Assembly (NCBI GenBank): GCA_010093705.1
Contig: MU006100.1
Coordinates: 62,001 to 126,000 of the forward strand
Length of the DNA stretch: 64,000 nt
Origin: Patellaria atrata CBS 101060
Lineage: Eukaryota
Direction of reading: 5' to 3'
Positions 1 to 13,777 of this stretch are shown here, in pieces; position 1 is the first letter of the stretch, and each line of letters begins with the position of its first letter. The notes under the pieces were generated by a model that was given only the letters and a program-made list of their open reading frames with translations, was not told the origin of the DNA and did no database searches. Position numbers and translations under genes: made by a program.

Positions 1-535
1 ATCACATCACGCTCACTCACTCACTCACCCACAGACGCAAAAAGTCCCACGAATCAATTACACAGTCACAACTAAGACTTCATAACCACTAAAAGCAGAG
101 AAAGAAACACCGATGACTAAGGTGAGAACAAATATGAGAACAGAAAGAGGAGACGCAAACTCCAAAGAGCTCCGATACCACAGTCGCCGCGACTCGGACG
201 CCGGTAGCACTTCATCACCAGATCCCAAATATAATTCATCGAAAGGAAGTGAGGATAGAGGATTGGGTGAAGGGGGGGGTTCGAACAACTACAGAAGGGT
301 ACTGTACTTCTCCGTTTCGTATTGCCCTCTCCCCTGGTCCTAGTGAAGAGAATCCATGATCAAATCCCGATGGCGGCTAAAAGAAGAGAAGGGGAGAATT
401 GAATAAACACAAAGCTCAACCTCGGGCGTATCAACAAACCAATTTCCGTAGTCCCATAACCTTAGCATGAAACATCGTATCTACCTCCACCGTATTCTCA
501 TGTTGTTGGGATAAGACTGTACTTGGGGGAGGTAC

Positions 536-3500
536 TTAGGTATACGACCTCATCGCGTCCAAATACCCAGTTCCGCCCTTCAAATCCCTATCAAAACTCT
601 CTGCAACCTCGAGCACCCTTTTGATATGCTCGAGACTCAACTTCATCTTTTCATTTACAGCGAGAGCCTGAGCCGTCCTGACCACGTTCTTGATCTATTC
701 AAATATTAGCATAACTCACCATATCCCAAGACGCAAAAGGGTTACTCACCTGTCGTCCGTTAAGGTTCTTCCTAGCCAACTCGTCGTAATCCCGTTCCTG
801 GAAAGGCATGATCTCAATGCCTTCCATAACGCGCACCTTCTCCAAGAACATCTTCCAGATCTCCTTCTTGGCTCTGGCAGACAGCTCTTCGTACCTCAGC
901 GCGACATGAATACGGGACTGGAAAGCATCGTCGAATGTCTCAACGCGGTTGGTGGTCAAGAACAAGATACCCTGGAAATATTCGAGGAGGCGGAGGAAGA
1001 TGGAGACGAGGGCATTGCGGTGAATGTCGTGAACTTCGCGCTTTTCGAGGAAGACGTCTGCTTCATCAAGTAGAAGAACTGAAAACAAAACATTAGTATT
1101 ATAAAGTTTTGTTCAAGGGAAAGGATGTTCTTACCAGCACCCCAACTGTGCGCAATATCCATGATCTTTTGCAACTCATGCTCTAACATCCTACTATCCG
1201 TACCCAACTCACCCGCACTGACGGCATAAAGCGGACATTTCAAGAATTCCGCAATACCCTCCGCCGTCAGTGTCTTACCTACACCGGGAGGACCATGTAG
1301 CACGAAGACGAGACCGCGGCCCTTGCCTTGCACGACATCGTCGATAGTCTCGGCGGCGTGGAACTTGTGGGTTGAGACGAGTGCCGAGACAATGCTCTTC
1401 TGATTCGCGGGGAGGACTAGCGACTCGAACGCGCCTTCGTTCCATTCGATATCTCGCACTCCGGACAAGGAAAACTCGAGCCAGAGTTTCTCTGAGAACG
1501 CAAATCCAAGGACTACCGGGGAAGCAATGAGTAGCTCTTCGGGGGTGAATTCTTGCTTCTTAGCATCATCACCCTCAAGTGTATCCAGCTTCTCAGTATG
1601 AATTTCTAAGCCATCGTCATCAACGGGAACACGGACGACATGCGGTTTGTCATCAGAATCGAAGATAACCTTAAGCTTTGTCTTCTCCTTATCCTCGCCC
1701 TCTTCAAGGTTCTGCGGGCCCTCTGCACCCTCAGGCTGCTCGTCGCTCTCGCTGTCGGCACAGCAGTCATCACACTCATCATCGGTGTCATTAACCAGAT
1801 CATCCGGGTCCTTTGGTTTGATCAACGAGATCGAATAATTTGGATTGATGCGTCTGAAGATAGCAGGATCGATCATGATACGGCCGTTGATATTGACTTT
1901 CGCAACAGCCTTCTTCTTCTTCTGGAAAGCAAGACCCTTGTGGAAGCGATAGTTCATACCTGTCATGTTCACAAAGCGAGTACCACGTTCGATGAGCTGC
2001 TTTTGCAGACCTTCGGGGTCTTTGTGGTATTTGAGAGGGTAGGTTGCGAGGCTGGTGATCTTGCGAGGACCTTTGAAAGAGTCGACGTTCACTTCGAAAT
2101 CCCCAAGACCGAAGTTCTTGCCGTCATACTCGAGATACCGACCTTCGATGCAATACCATTCACCGCGCATGAATGAACTTTCCTTGTTAGCGTAGTCGAC
2201 CTTGAAACACCTCGGATCATCGACGGAACCGTAAGTAGTGGTGTAAGCGATGGTATTGGGTTTGAACAATGCCCACAACAGCTCAAAAGTGATGTTCCCG
2301 GCTTCCAGCAGAGGGTAGAGAGTCTTCTTAGTCTCATCGTAATCCTCGTCTAGATAGCTAATAAGAAGTTTGCAATGAGAAATCTGCGTCGAAAGTCTTC
2401 TCTTCACCTTCTTCTTCGACTCTTTCTTGATCTTCGCCTTGAGAGTCTTCTTAGAGTAAGTGCGGATCTCCTCTAAGTACAAGAACAGCATGTTGGGATC
2501 GACGCTCGGCTGTTCCTCTACGAGAGAAACACCCTTGACCTCCTTCATCACCTCTGCAAGAGCTTCTTTTAGCGGCTTGGATTTGATGTCGACGACGGTA
2601 TTACGATACTTGTTCTCCCAATCGAACTTCCGCCTAACAGTGAAAATATACTGATCGAACTCATCCTCTTGGTCTTCCGCACTCTCTGTGAGTTTATAAT
2701 TGTGAATAGTGCTATCCCACAGTTGATCGACCCTCTTGAATTCCAAGGTGCTAGCCCGCTTGCTAGTCTTCTTTGATTTGACATTCTTCTTCTTTCCCTT
2801 CTCCTTGGTCTTCTTGGTCGCTGCTTGCAGCTGCTGAGCTTGAACACTTAGTTGGAGCGCTTGCAGTTGCTCTTGTATCCGCGCAGTCTGATCGGTGACA
2901 TCTGCCGTGATCGCATCCTCAGTAGTTTCTTCACTCTCTGACGAGCTCTCCTTATGCTTTCGCGACTTCTTGGAGGCGCGTCTACGTCGGTGTCGGGCCG
3001 ATTCGTCATCCGAGGAATCCGAATCGGAGCTTGAATCTGAATCAGAGGAATCGGAATCTGAGTCGGAATCGTAATGTCTGGACTTCTTATGCTTTTTGGC
3101 CTTTGCCTTTGCCTTCTTGATGGCCTTCCTCTTCTTCCGCTCTTTAGCCTTGGCTTTTTCGTCTTCCGATGAGCTCGAAGAGGAGCTCGAGGAGCTATCT
3201 GAATCCGACTCGGAGTCCTCCTTCGAAGAACTGTCTGAATCCGAATCCTCTTTCTTCGACTTCTTACCCTTCTTCTTGGATTTCTTCGAGTTGCTCTTCT
3301 TACACTTTTTCTTCATGGTTGAGGGTCTTCCGCCAGTTTCCTTGGTGCTGATCTCTGCGGGACTCGTGGACGGCTCCGCATTTTGTGTGATTTCTACATC
3401 CTCTACATTTGTATCCTTCCTAGCAGTTTCCATTTTGTTACGCACGATGTCGGCGATATCGAGCTGTTTTGGTGGAACGGCTCGATTTGGGGTGTCAGAT

Positions 3501-3589
3501 GGTGTTGATGTGGGGGTGAGTATAGTTGTGTCTTTGGATGCAGATGACGATGCTTTAGGTGACGAGTTTCTGGTGGCTTGTTTGCTCAT
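536..3589 (-). CDS. Fungal AAA+ ATPase with Lys/Ser/Asp-rich N-terminus (3 exons; introns ~1079-1134 and ~695-749)
   Basis: Walker A GPPGVGKT, Walker B LLLDEAD and LFLTTNR. Spliced last exon IKNVVRTAQALA...MRSYT* with TAA at 536-538. Likely start MSKQ at 3589. Confidence 0.9.
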
Positions 3590-4931
3590 CGGATACGGAC
3601 TCCTCTTGCAATCACGGGATATGCGGAGATGTACTCTGAACTGTGCAGAATGTTCTACTCCGTACGCTGTCAAACCATATGTTCCGTGGGGAACGGCGGA
3701 TGTCAACTCACATGTATGTACAGCAGATCAAGGCTCGATAGTTCCGTGTCACCAAAAAAGAGTAGAACTAGATGAGATGATATATGACTTTGAGAAAAAG
3801 ATATTGCCACAGTCCACAAGACGGAACTGCAGCTTTTATAAATCAACAGGCGGGAGATGCCTAGTTATACCTCTTTTGCGAGCCAATAGGCCTATGAATG
3901 GTGCAGCTTCTCACCGCAGGTACATTCAAGGTTACTTTGCATGCGGTAAGATCGGTGAGCAAGAGGTGCTGGTGTAGTGCGAGCTCCCTTGTCCTCGTTG
4001 ATCGAATGAACGAGTGTCAAGGGATTTCTGGGATCGTGTTGCCTAGACCAGCAGTTCGCCTAGTCCCAGGCCAAGGGGAAGCTTGGGGCACTGAACCTAC
4101 TGAGGTGGCCGAAAGATGGGTGCACTACTCGGTGCAAGTGGCCCCTTCCCAAGCCCTTATGGGTTAATAGATGCAAGTCGAGCTTTTGGCAGTACTCGCA
4201 CCGCCCCATCAACTTGTTGATCATCACCTCATACCCCCAAGGACTCCCCCCCAAGGGTACCTACACATGTGCCCGTTACCAGTTGCCACCGAGTAGACTG
4301 AACAGTATGGAAGTACAGCAACTCACAGAAACATTCCCAACAACGTGATATATGGGCCTATCGCAACATAAACCGGAAAGTAATGTCGTGTAATCATTGT
4401 CTATTACTCTATCCCGGTTCTTGGAGCATCACGAAGAAAACTGAATGGTAACGAAGATTTTTCGTAGAAGCCTAACCAGCGTACAACTAACATGACTCCT
4501 TAAACTATCGTCCGACCTCCCATCAACCATGTCGACGATGATTCATCCGCTGAGGTAACTCAAAATAAGTTAAGAGATATTGAATTTCTTACCAGATGCG
4601 GCTTCATGGTGGTCAGCGGTGGTCGGCCCTGGTGATCCCTTGCTTGCTCCAGCTGATCTGGGGTATCTTCAATATCATATCGCACTCAGCACTGCCAGCC
4701 TTGCTACTCTCTTTGGTTACCACTTCCAAGCAACAAGGGGAAGGTATTCTTCTCGAAACGTTAAACATTTCACCACAGAGCGGAGGAAAAAACATGACAG
4801 CCTCGTCGCCGGTTGTCGCTGCGAAGAGCGGAAGTGTACTGTACCATCCCAACAGCTCTCAACAGTCCAACTGGAAAGCGCCGCATCATGCAGCTAATCA
4901 TGCAGTACCTACGTGTATATCACACAACGCT

Positions 4932-6814
4932 CTAAGAGCTCGACGTCAATTTCTTTTCTTTCTTCAAATGCCCCAGTGCATGCTGGTGCGCCGTCTCCAT
5001 CTCTGCTTCTGGCTTGCCGTCAGGTAGAGCGTTCGTAGAGATATGTGCCACTCCTTGAACGATACCCGCGACGGAAGAATGCGTGGGTTCCGGCGATTGG
5101 ACCCTCGGAGTTTCCGTGGAAACGGCATTGTCTGCCGTTCCGTCTAGATTCCCGGAGAGTGCAGGTTCGGAGGAACTATGGGGAACGGCAGGATGATTCT
5201 TGGGGAAGAGACTATTTTGCGAATCGGTCGGCGCATGTATGCTCTCCTCCCCGTCGGGACCACGGGGACGAACGGCAGCATGCTCCATCTTCTCCGCAAG
5301 GTGCGATCCCTCGTGACCCAGTGCTACCTTTGCTTTCCTTGTCCTACCTTCATCGTCTCCGACCGGACTGCTCGCTCGAATGCCGATGTCTTTGTTTGCT
5401 CCGGATGCTGAATGATCCACTCCTCTCCAGTCTGCTGGAGTGCTCTGCTTCACTTCCTCGCCCTCTTCCGGTTCAGTGATGACTACTTGTGGTCCTCCAC
5501 TTTCAGAGTCAAGTGCACGCCAGACGACAGCAACTTTGTCGAACGCCCTCGTGCCCTTGCGACTGCTGCCTTTGATACCATCCAGCTTGTCCCACTCCAG
5601 CTCAAAGACACCTGAAACATCTGCATTTCCGTCTTGCTTGTCACCGTTGCCCTCGAAGAATGCGTTAAACCAGACGTGTGAAACCGCAGTGACCATTGTA
5701 TAGCCCCAAGCTGCTTTGTTACGTCTTTCGAAGTCGATGTTGATATCATTGGTTGGTAAAACTACTCGTTTGGATGGTCGGAAAACGGCATCGCCAGTCT
5801 TTAGTGCCGTGCTTGAACCAGCTTCCGCTGGAGTGTCAAGCTTTTCTTCATCATTCCCCTTCTCGGACTCTCCATTTTGCTTAACTTCGTTCTTCGAGTC
5901 TTTTGAGCTTTTACCATTGTCGTTCCGGCCCATAACATCGTTCACAACGTCCATAAAACCACTTTCCTCAATGATCGTCCCATTGATAAGCTCCCTCTCC
6001 TCCTTCGTGAATGTGTGGAAAGTCTTGATAGTCTTGCCTTCTTCCACGAATCCATCCACTGAGATCTTAACCCCATCTCTTAATCCCCAAATATGTACTT
6101 CCAGAACTTCCACCTGCCGTTCCACATAGATCTTCCCTCCTTTCGACCACCTATCCACATACGTGAGCCACCTCACTTGGCTAGGTATCGAGACGCCGGA
6201 CCCAAAACCCGGCCTCATCCTCCTTTCTGTAAACCTCTTCACCGCATCCTCTAATTTCCATCCCTCTTCACTAATCAAATACGAACAACTAGCTGTTCCA
6301 CTCCTGCCCTTCCCGGCCTTGCAATGTACCACGACTACTCGCCCTTTCTCCCCATGCAGCCAATTCCGCATACTCGCCATGATATTTGGTATTAGCGCGA
6401 AGGGTGGTGGATGGTGGTCCGGCCACGGATAGTGCCATATCCGATCGTAGACCTCTGAGTCCGGGTATCCCGTCCCTTCTGCGCGGAACTCCCATATCGC
6501 CCAGTTGTGTTTATGTTTGTGATCGAGGAACTTTACAAGTGCGTTGAGGGGATTGCGATAAGCGCGTTGAGGATAAGTGCCAGAGGGACCGGAGGTGGCG
6601 ATAACTGTGGAAGTGTGAGATAAAATTGGTGGTAGAATTTCCGTTGAGGGGAAACGAACTATTATCTGTTACATAGCAGAGATCTAAACCTGCTTCCTCA
6701 TGTCGAACGCGAGGACTAGCAACAATTTGTCGGAGTAGAGACGTCTGGACTTGTTATGAATATCATATCTGCCAATGAGATAGAAAGGCCTGAAATAGGC
6801 TGCTTACTTACCAT
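4932..6814 (-). CDS. TEP1: PTEN/TEP1-like phosphoinositide 3-phosphatase (3 exons, first exon ATG only)
   Basis: Signature HCKAGKGRSG. Spliced N-terminus MTSLLRQIVASPRVRHEEAGLDLCYVTDN.IATSGPS...YPWPDHHPPPF. Confidence 0.85.
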
Positions 6815-7139
6815 GTTAAGGGAGACGAAAAAGAGTATTGCAAAGACAATGAGGTGGGATATACTAAAGCTATATATGGTCTTTGGTATGCAGAGTAATT
6901 CCGTTTCACAAAACATTTATGAAGCTTGTGAGTTGAAAGGCAGTGACTATTGTGACATTATTCTGGCAGGTAATGGGAAGACGCGAAGTATGGTGGAGCG
7001 GTGTCATCGGTCACGACTGACAGGGAAGCTAAGAACAAGCATTCGGAAGCGAGCCATGTGCATCGTTATGTGACAGTAGGATACTGTACCAGTACCACAT
7101 CTCAGTTAAATGTTTAAACACACCTCAGTAAGCTGGAAT

Positions 7140-8885
7140 TCAAAATGATTGAGAATTATCCGGGTTAAGTTCTCTCTGCACCTGTTCAATTCGCGGGTCC
7201 TGAGCTGCTCGCATACCCCTTATTAGTTGTGCAAACGTTCCTGCCCTCAACGCAAACCCCTCTGCTTTCATTTCATAGCAATATCTGAGTGCATCATCGG
7301 TATCGCCGTGATTTGAGCAGACGAGCACCAGCCGATCATAAGTCAGCTGGTCTGGTTTGATTTTGAGGGCGACCATCTCCGCCGCTAGGAACATGGCCAA
7401 ATCCTTGCGTACCAACTTGCGACATCCCTGGAGAAGCACGTTGAAGGTAGCTATATTCGGGCCAGTATTGCATAAATTTCGAAGATTCTTGTACTGTTCA
7501 ATCGCAGTGTTAAGAAGCCCAGCTCGAGTAGACGCCTCAATAATACAATTCACAGCTGATACTGGGATGTCTCGATCCTCCTCTTTAAGGGCATGTAAAT
7601 ATTTGAAAGCGGCCGGCGGACGTTCAACATCTTGCCGTAGATATTCATAGATTGTTCTCGTAGTTCCCTCGTCCGGCTGTGCATTCGCAGAGTGCATGAC
7701 ACATAATATGGACAAAGCAGTTGAGACATCTCCATGAGCCATATAGGTGTCTATCAACATTTCGTAGTGTTGGTGCTCAATGACTGTGTTCTGCATTCCA
7801 AATACACGAAACACATCTGTAGCAAGCTCCACGTCACCATAGCGAGCTGCTGTAGTCAGCACATTCAAGCATGCGCCTGATGGTGGATTAAGATAATTTG
7901 TCTGAACGCGCGTATTCCAAACATATGATGTGCCTTCGTGCTTTTACGGGTCGTAAGCGATATGTTTACCATGAAACAAGGAGTACTTACATGGAATGCA
8001 CTACTAGCGACTTCAAGAAAATAATACCATAAAGAAGGTGTCAATTGGGAATCTTCGGTTGTGCGATCCTTCACCATATCTAATGCTTTGTCGATCTCCC
8101 CTACCTGAAGCAACGAATACGTAGCCATATCCAGTAGCCAATCTTGTATCCTGATATTGTCTTCCACCATGAGATCCATTCGATGGAGAGCAAGCTCGAA
8201 CTGTCTTTCGCGGAGTAATCCTGCGACAATGTCATGATGTCCGTCCTCTGTTATCGTGAACCACCGCTGACGCATATACTCAATAATATCGGCCCGCAAC
8301 ACGTAGTGAGGATGAACTGAAAGAACCTAACTAATTGTCAGAGCTACTACAGTATAATTGCATCCAGTGAACCGTTACCTTGAGAACGTCATGGCATGTT
8401 CTCGCATCTAATGCTACGCCCTCCTCTTTCATCTCATGCAGAATCGCAACAACCTCCTGCGCAGATCCAGAAGTATTAACATTTCGAAGTATCAAAGCAG
8501 AGTAGATCTTTAGATTTGGAGGTTCCCTGCGATGCTGGACCAGATTCTCGATAATCCTATCGACTATATCATTTTGACCGTCCAGAGCACGTTTCCTTAG
8601 TAGGGTATAGACCTCTTCAGTTTCGAGGTTCGCAAGGGCTTTAGGTGCTTGATGAAACAAGCTCTTAGACTCAAAATCTAATGTGCTCGGACGTCGTACA
8701 GAAGTCGATGTCGCTGTCGCCAGGGGTCGCCATTGAAAGCGTGGGACATGAGGTCTAGGTTTTCGGCGGCATGCTGTAGTCACCCTCAAAGCATTGGGGG
8801 GTGACTTCTTCACCAATGGGAGCGCATATGAAAATGAGGGACAAAGAGCACGCGAAAGACCGTCGATAATGAATGGAGCTTGCAT
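7140..8885 (-). CDS. Pentatricopeptide-repeat protein, probably mitochondrial (introns ~8327-8378, ~7941-7990)
   Basis: Three ORFs join by GT-AG introns. PPR-like motifs PNIATFNVLLQGC and PDQLTYDRLVLVC. Basic presequence-like N-terminus. Confidence 0.8.
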
Positions 8886-8980
8886 TGCACGATTGGGGTT
8901 GGAGCAGACGCGAGACAAGAAGTCTCGGAGGTGATGCGGAGAAAAGATCATAACATACGCTTAGTAATCTATTACAAATA

Positions 8981-10292
8981 ACATGCTTCACCAGTCAGTG
9001 GGCCAACCCCACCAAGATCAACCCACGTCTTCAACAAAATCAACAATGCCACTAACATAGAAATTACTTATTACTACTAAGTCGCTTCAAGAAAACAGAA
9101 TTTCAAGTATTCGGAAGGCCGCCACATTGTACGATGTTCCTAAGTCTAGACTCCGTCGTCGAGTATACGGGGTAACACCTCAGAGCGCGTCTAACTCGCG
9201 AAAACGAAAGCTACAGCTATCTGAAGAGCAGGGCACTCGTAGAATGGATCCTAGACCATATCATCGACGTACGCCGAATGGCAGACCATTTACTCGCCAC
9301 GCGGGGCCAGACTCCTCCTCCCACACCCGTCGGTAAGAACTGGGTATGCCGCTTTATCAACAACTAGCTAGACCTACAGACAAAATGGAATAGGAAGTTC
9401 CATTCTCAACGCGCGAAATGCGAAGATTGAGACATATTTCGCGAGTGGTACGAGCGCGTAAATGAGACGCGCCAGAAGTACGGCATTCTAGATTCATGAT
9501 AGGTGTATCTGCGACATCGAAAGTCGTTACAAGCTCCGATACTATAGGCCGAGCAATTCTAATACAACCAGGCAATCGCGAATGGTCGACGGCGATTGAG
9601 TGCGTTAATGCGACTGGGTGGGCAATGCCGCCCTTCGTCATCCTTCTAGGAAAGCTCCACCAGTCAAGCTGGTATCGGGGCCTACCTAGTGACTAGATGC
9701 TCGCTGTTAGCGATAATGGCTAGAGGATAGATAAACTAGGATTTGAATGGACTAAGCACTTTAATAACTATTCAAAGTCTTATATGAAAGGGGTCTACCT
9801 TCTACTTATACTTGACGGTTATAGTAGCCACGCGACGCCTGAATTCGACCAATACTATACGGAAAACAAGATTATTACGCTCTATATGCCATCGCATACG
9901 TCACATCGTCTTCAGCCGCTTGGCGTAAGCTGCTACTCCTCTCTAAAGGTCGCGTACGGTCACGAGGTTCAAAAGCTCGCCCGTCATGGAGTCCACCATA
10001 TTGATAAAGAAGACTTCCTAGCAATAACAGGCTCAGCAGGCTCAGCTCATAGCTGAGGAGTTGGAAAATAGGGAGCAGGAAGCCGACCAGTGCTGGGCTG
10101 GTCAGACGGGACAGCGAGCACCACCAACGTGCTCTAACTGTCATAGCCAAGGCCACACAAGGCGTCAATGTACTAGTATCTTAAATAGGTCTTAAGCATA
10201 ATTTTTTTCGAATATATTTTGTTGTAGTGGAGTAATCGTGCGAAGACGCGGGTTGATCTTGGTGGTGTGGCCCACTGACTGGTGAAGCACGT
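8981..10292 (+). mobile_element. Degenerate, internally deleted Fot1/pogo (Tc1-mariner superfamily) DNA transposon
   Basis: Imperfect ~50-bp TIRs (8981-9032 acatgcttcaccagtcagtgggcca..caccaagatcaaccc; complement at 10242-10292). TA precedes the left end. Transposase fragments: HTH-like start, QPGNREWSTAIEC, LLILDGYSSH, PSHTSHRLQPL and C-terminal CSNCHSQGHTRRQC knuckle. TGG>TAG stops. Confidence 0.9.
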
Positions 10293-10763
10293 CACATAAA
10301 ACGTATTTGAAGTGGACAACGCTCAGAAGTATTTCAAAGTAAGATAATAGAGGCCAAGTGCTTTCACTTTTTATGTCAATTTCAGAGATTTGCACTTGTT
10401 AGTAACTGGATTGTTCGTCAATAGCAATGTACACGTTGTTTCAACAAAGTCGAGATGATAAACTCGCTTCATTCGATAACTGTGAACTGCTACTTGGATA
10501 TTGATTCTTATTCACCTGCAATACATGACACCGTAGGTCAAGGTAATCTTTCTGCAGGCATCATATCCAAACCCAGCTCCCTGCTATTACATATGGTTCC
10601 TTCCAGAGATAATATATTGGAGTATTATCAGGTGACATACTCCCAGTACTGCTCTTCGAATACTCCGGATATCGTTTAGGTATTTGGGATATCGAGGTAC
10701 GGGTCGAGATAAATCGGGTTCTGGTAATGGAGGTTATTGGACTGACCACGATGTTGTCTAGGT

Positions 10764-11273
10764 TCAGGCGTTGCCCCTTCCTCGACCTCTTCCACGACCT
10801 CCGCGACCCATTCCTCGGCCTCTATCTCCTCTGCCACCGTGATCTCCGCGCTGTTGTGACCCTCCTCGTCCTCCGCGGCTAGCCTGTTGAGTCTGTTGGT
10901 GCTCCTTCGCTTGATCTAGGACTTCTTCGGGGATACGTAGGTATTTGATCTACCCACGTTAGCGTTAGTCCATCGAAGCGCAGAGGCGACTGACATTATT
11001 TCCGCGAACATAGACTTCGGGTAATCTATAGAATCTTCCACCATCGGCCATGGTCTGTACCACTTCTTTTAGTGTTAGATTCATCCAGCTATCGCAGTTC
11101 ACTAGATGCCCGTTGAGAGTTTGGCCGTCTTTCAGTTCAACCAGCATTGGATGGCCTTGCGCCGCATTGAGTAGCGCCAAAGGAAGCTTAACAAAGTAAG
11201 GGTCAGCGCGAATCAGACAGACGTTACAGAGCATATGAAGATACCCAAATGCAGCGCACTTGAGACTTACCAT
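10764..11273 (-). CDS. LSM4: U6 snRNA-associated Sm-like protein LSm4 (3 exons)
   Basis: ATG|intron|[39 protein letters not shown]...YVRGNN|IKYLRIP, with an RG-rich tail ending in TGA at 10764. Confidence 0.93.
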
Positions 11274-11856
11274 TGTATTGAACTGTGTAAGGAAAGATCT
11301 GGGTGTTTGACGGGTGCCAGTGATTTAGATTTCTTCTGACGCTCAGTCCGTACGGGTAACACAATCACAACAGAGCAAGCTGTTAGAGACAAAAGTGTAG
11401 TGATTGCAATGACGTGTGGGGTGAGCTTCGAACTAAACAGAGCTGTGGAGCTGTACAAGTCGAAGGTTGTGTTTGAGATGTTTGAAGGTCAAGTTTCGGA
11501 TTAGACAAGGTTCGCCAATTCCTTCCCGTCGCATTCTTCTCCGAAAAGAGACGGCCTGGGGGACAGCCTACTCGACTCAGCCACAACGGGCTTGAGAACG
11601 CGTGGACTGGAAACTCCCTCAAATGTGGGAGGGAATCCTGTTGCCTGAACCTCAAAAAGTACCTCAGGTCTCTTCTTTAACCTTTGCTGTCATCTTCTTC
11701 TCCTAGCATCCGTTTCGTCCGTGTTGCGTTCTTGACCCTCAGTTCATTTCTTTGTGGTGTTTTGAAGCAGAGACCAGCCAGGACTCTGACTTCAGTTCGA
11801 TGCAGTACTTTCTTTTGGTCTAGTATATAATCAATTCTTCATTTCGCTTTAGTATC

Positions 11857-13777
11857 ATGCGTGCTTTCAAGTTGTTCAAGGCCGCGGCCTTTTTACCATC
11901 TATTTTACAAAAAGTGTCTTCTGCGGCTATTGCCAATACCGACTCATTGCTCGCTGAAGTTGTCCAAACGCAGAATAATCATACACTTGTCTTGCAATTA
12001 GGTATGCTATTTTTTCATTAGGGACAAGTGCTTAGTATAAGTGGAACCACTAACGTATGCTCACTAGATAACTCTCAGGCAACTTTCAATGTTTCCTGCA
12101 AAGATTGTCTTGGCTTAGAGGATGCTGACGACGCTCTTGTATGTCAATATCATATCTTATGTTTATGAAAACTTTCTTAACCCGTTGTAGACCTTTGAAT
12201 TCAAAGCGCTTTCCGCAGATCGGCCTTGCGGTGTTTCCAACCTCATTCTCAACCGTCAACAGCTTAACCAGAATTGGGATGGAATTCAAGCCTTCGGTCA
12301 AGGTGTTATCTCCACTCTTCCTGAGTACGCCCAGCACAACCTTTCACTTTCCTGGGAGTCATCCTGTCTTTTCAATACTGTACCTGAAGATGGTATAAAC
12401 TCTCAGGGCGATGATGTCGCCCAGGTACTCGCAGTGACCATCGACCGGATCGATGGAAAAGACGTCCACCACATCAGTGGTTTTACCATCTCATTCAAAC
12501 AACTTAGCCCACCTCGCCTTCTTCGTCTAGCTGGTGCTCCTGACTTGACTGCATCCAGTCCCGTAAACGCAGAAGCTTGGCGGCAACCTCCTGTCGATCT
12601 CCGGATTGAATCGTTGCCAGTTGCTGAGACAGAGTTTCGGAAACAACTAGAAGAGCTCCAGACTTTACAAGCAGAGGTTGTTCGCTTAAACGATCTAATT
12701 CGAGCCAAGGAGGCTTTGATCAGCACTATCGACGAGTCCCGTGTTGGATCCCTAAAGCAAGAGATACAGGCGTGTGAAACTTTATCTTGCATCGTTAAGG
12801 CCATCGGTCGGAAGACCAAGACTGTCTGTCACGACGTCTACACCAAAATAAATATCTATCACGATAAAGTGATGGACGAATATGCTCATAGAGGAAAGTT
12901 CGGAGCTCAAAAGCCAGCCCATATAAGTCCGTCCGATCCAAAACCAGAAAGCTCGAATTTCCACCCCACAAAACCAGCGGGTCTACTCGAATGGCCCAGC
13001 TCAACACCATCTTCTACCTCTGATCGCCTCTCCAACCCCTTTTCTGACCCTCACGACTCCTCCAATGACTACTTTACCTTTTCCACTTCCTCAGGAACCC
13101 GTCATATAGTCGCCAGCCTTACTGCCCTCTTCTCCATCGTGATCCTCGCCTGTTTCGTGGTCCTTCGCCGCTGCTGTTGTACCGAGCGCCGCCGTCAAGA
13201 TCGCCGTACCCGTCGTGAAGAACGCCGGAACCTACGTATGTACCGCCGCGCAGCACGTCTACAGCGCTGGAAGGATTGGTGGCATGGTCACCGTTATCCC
13301 ACCACGGACTACGAGGAAAAGCGGAGGTTGATTATCGAGCAGGAGGAAATACTGGAACAAGCAATGCAGCGCGAAATCGCTGAGTTGCGTAACGCAAGGG
13401 ACGTGGTGGAATCATTAGTCCAGGCTGAGGAAGGTAGGGCGAATGCCAGAATCCAGGATTTCAGATCGGGCTTAGACACTACATACGTAGCGGAGAGTCA
13501 GTGGGAGCCTCAACCCCTGTCTAGGACGAGCAGTCTCCCGGATTATAGAAGCGAGGCGGGCAATACAGACTCTCCAGAGTACACTTCTGAAGATGAAAAT
13601 AGCGATGTGGTGGTGGATGGGTTTAGGGGTTTCGTTCCGAGTAGTGGCTCGGCGCATTGGACGCCGGATAGCAGTGTCATTGAAGTGAGCCCGAGACAGA
13701 GCATGGAGACTATGAGGATCAGTGAGGAGGCGAGGATACCTGGAACGCCCAGTTCGGCGTCATCAGTCGAACAATGA
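11857..13777 (+). CDS. Uncharacterised fungal type-I membrane protein (introns ~12002-12067, ~12139-12190)
   Basis: Hydrophobic N-terminus MRAFKLF... Splicing gives a continuous frame into ORF 12434-13777, with a coiled coil, one TM (IVASLTALFSIVILACFVVL), RRCCC and an Arg-rich cytosolic segment. Confidence 0.65.

Noticed and set aside
3096..3977. 293-aa plus-strand ORF
   Set aside because: Antisense shadow of the low-complexity Lys/Ser/Asp region of the AAA ATPase.
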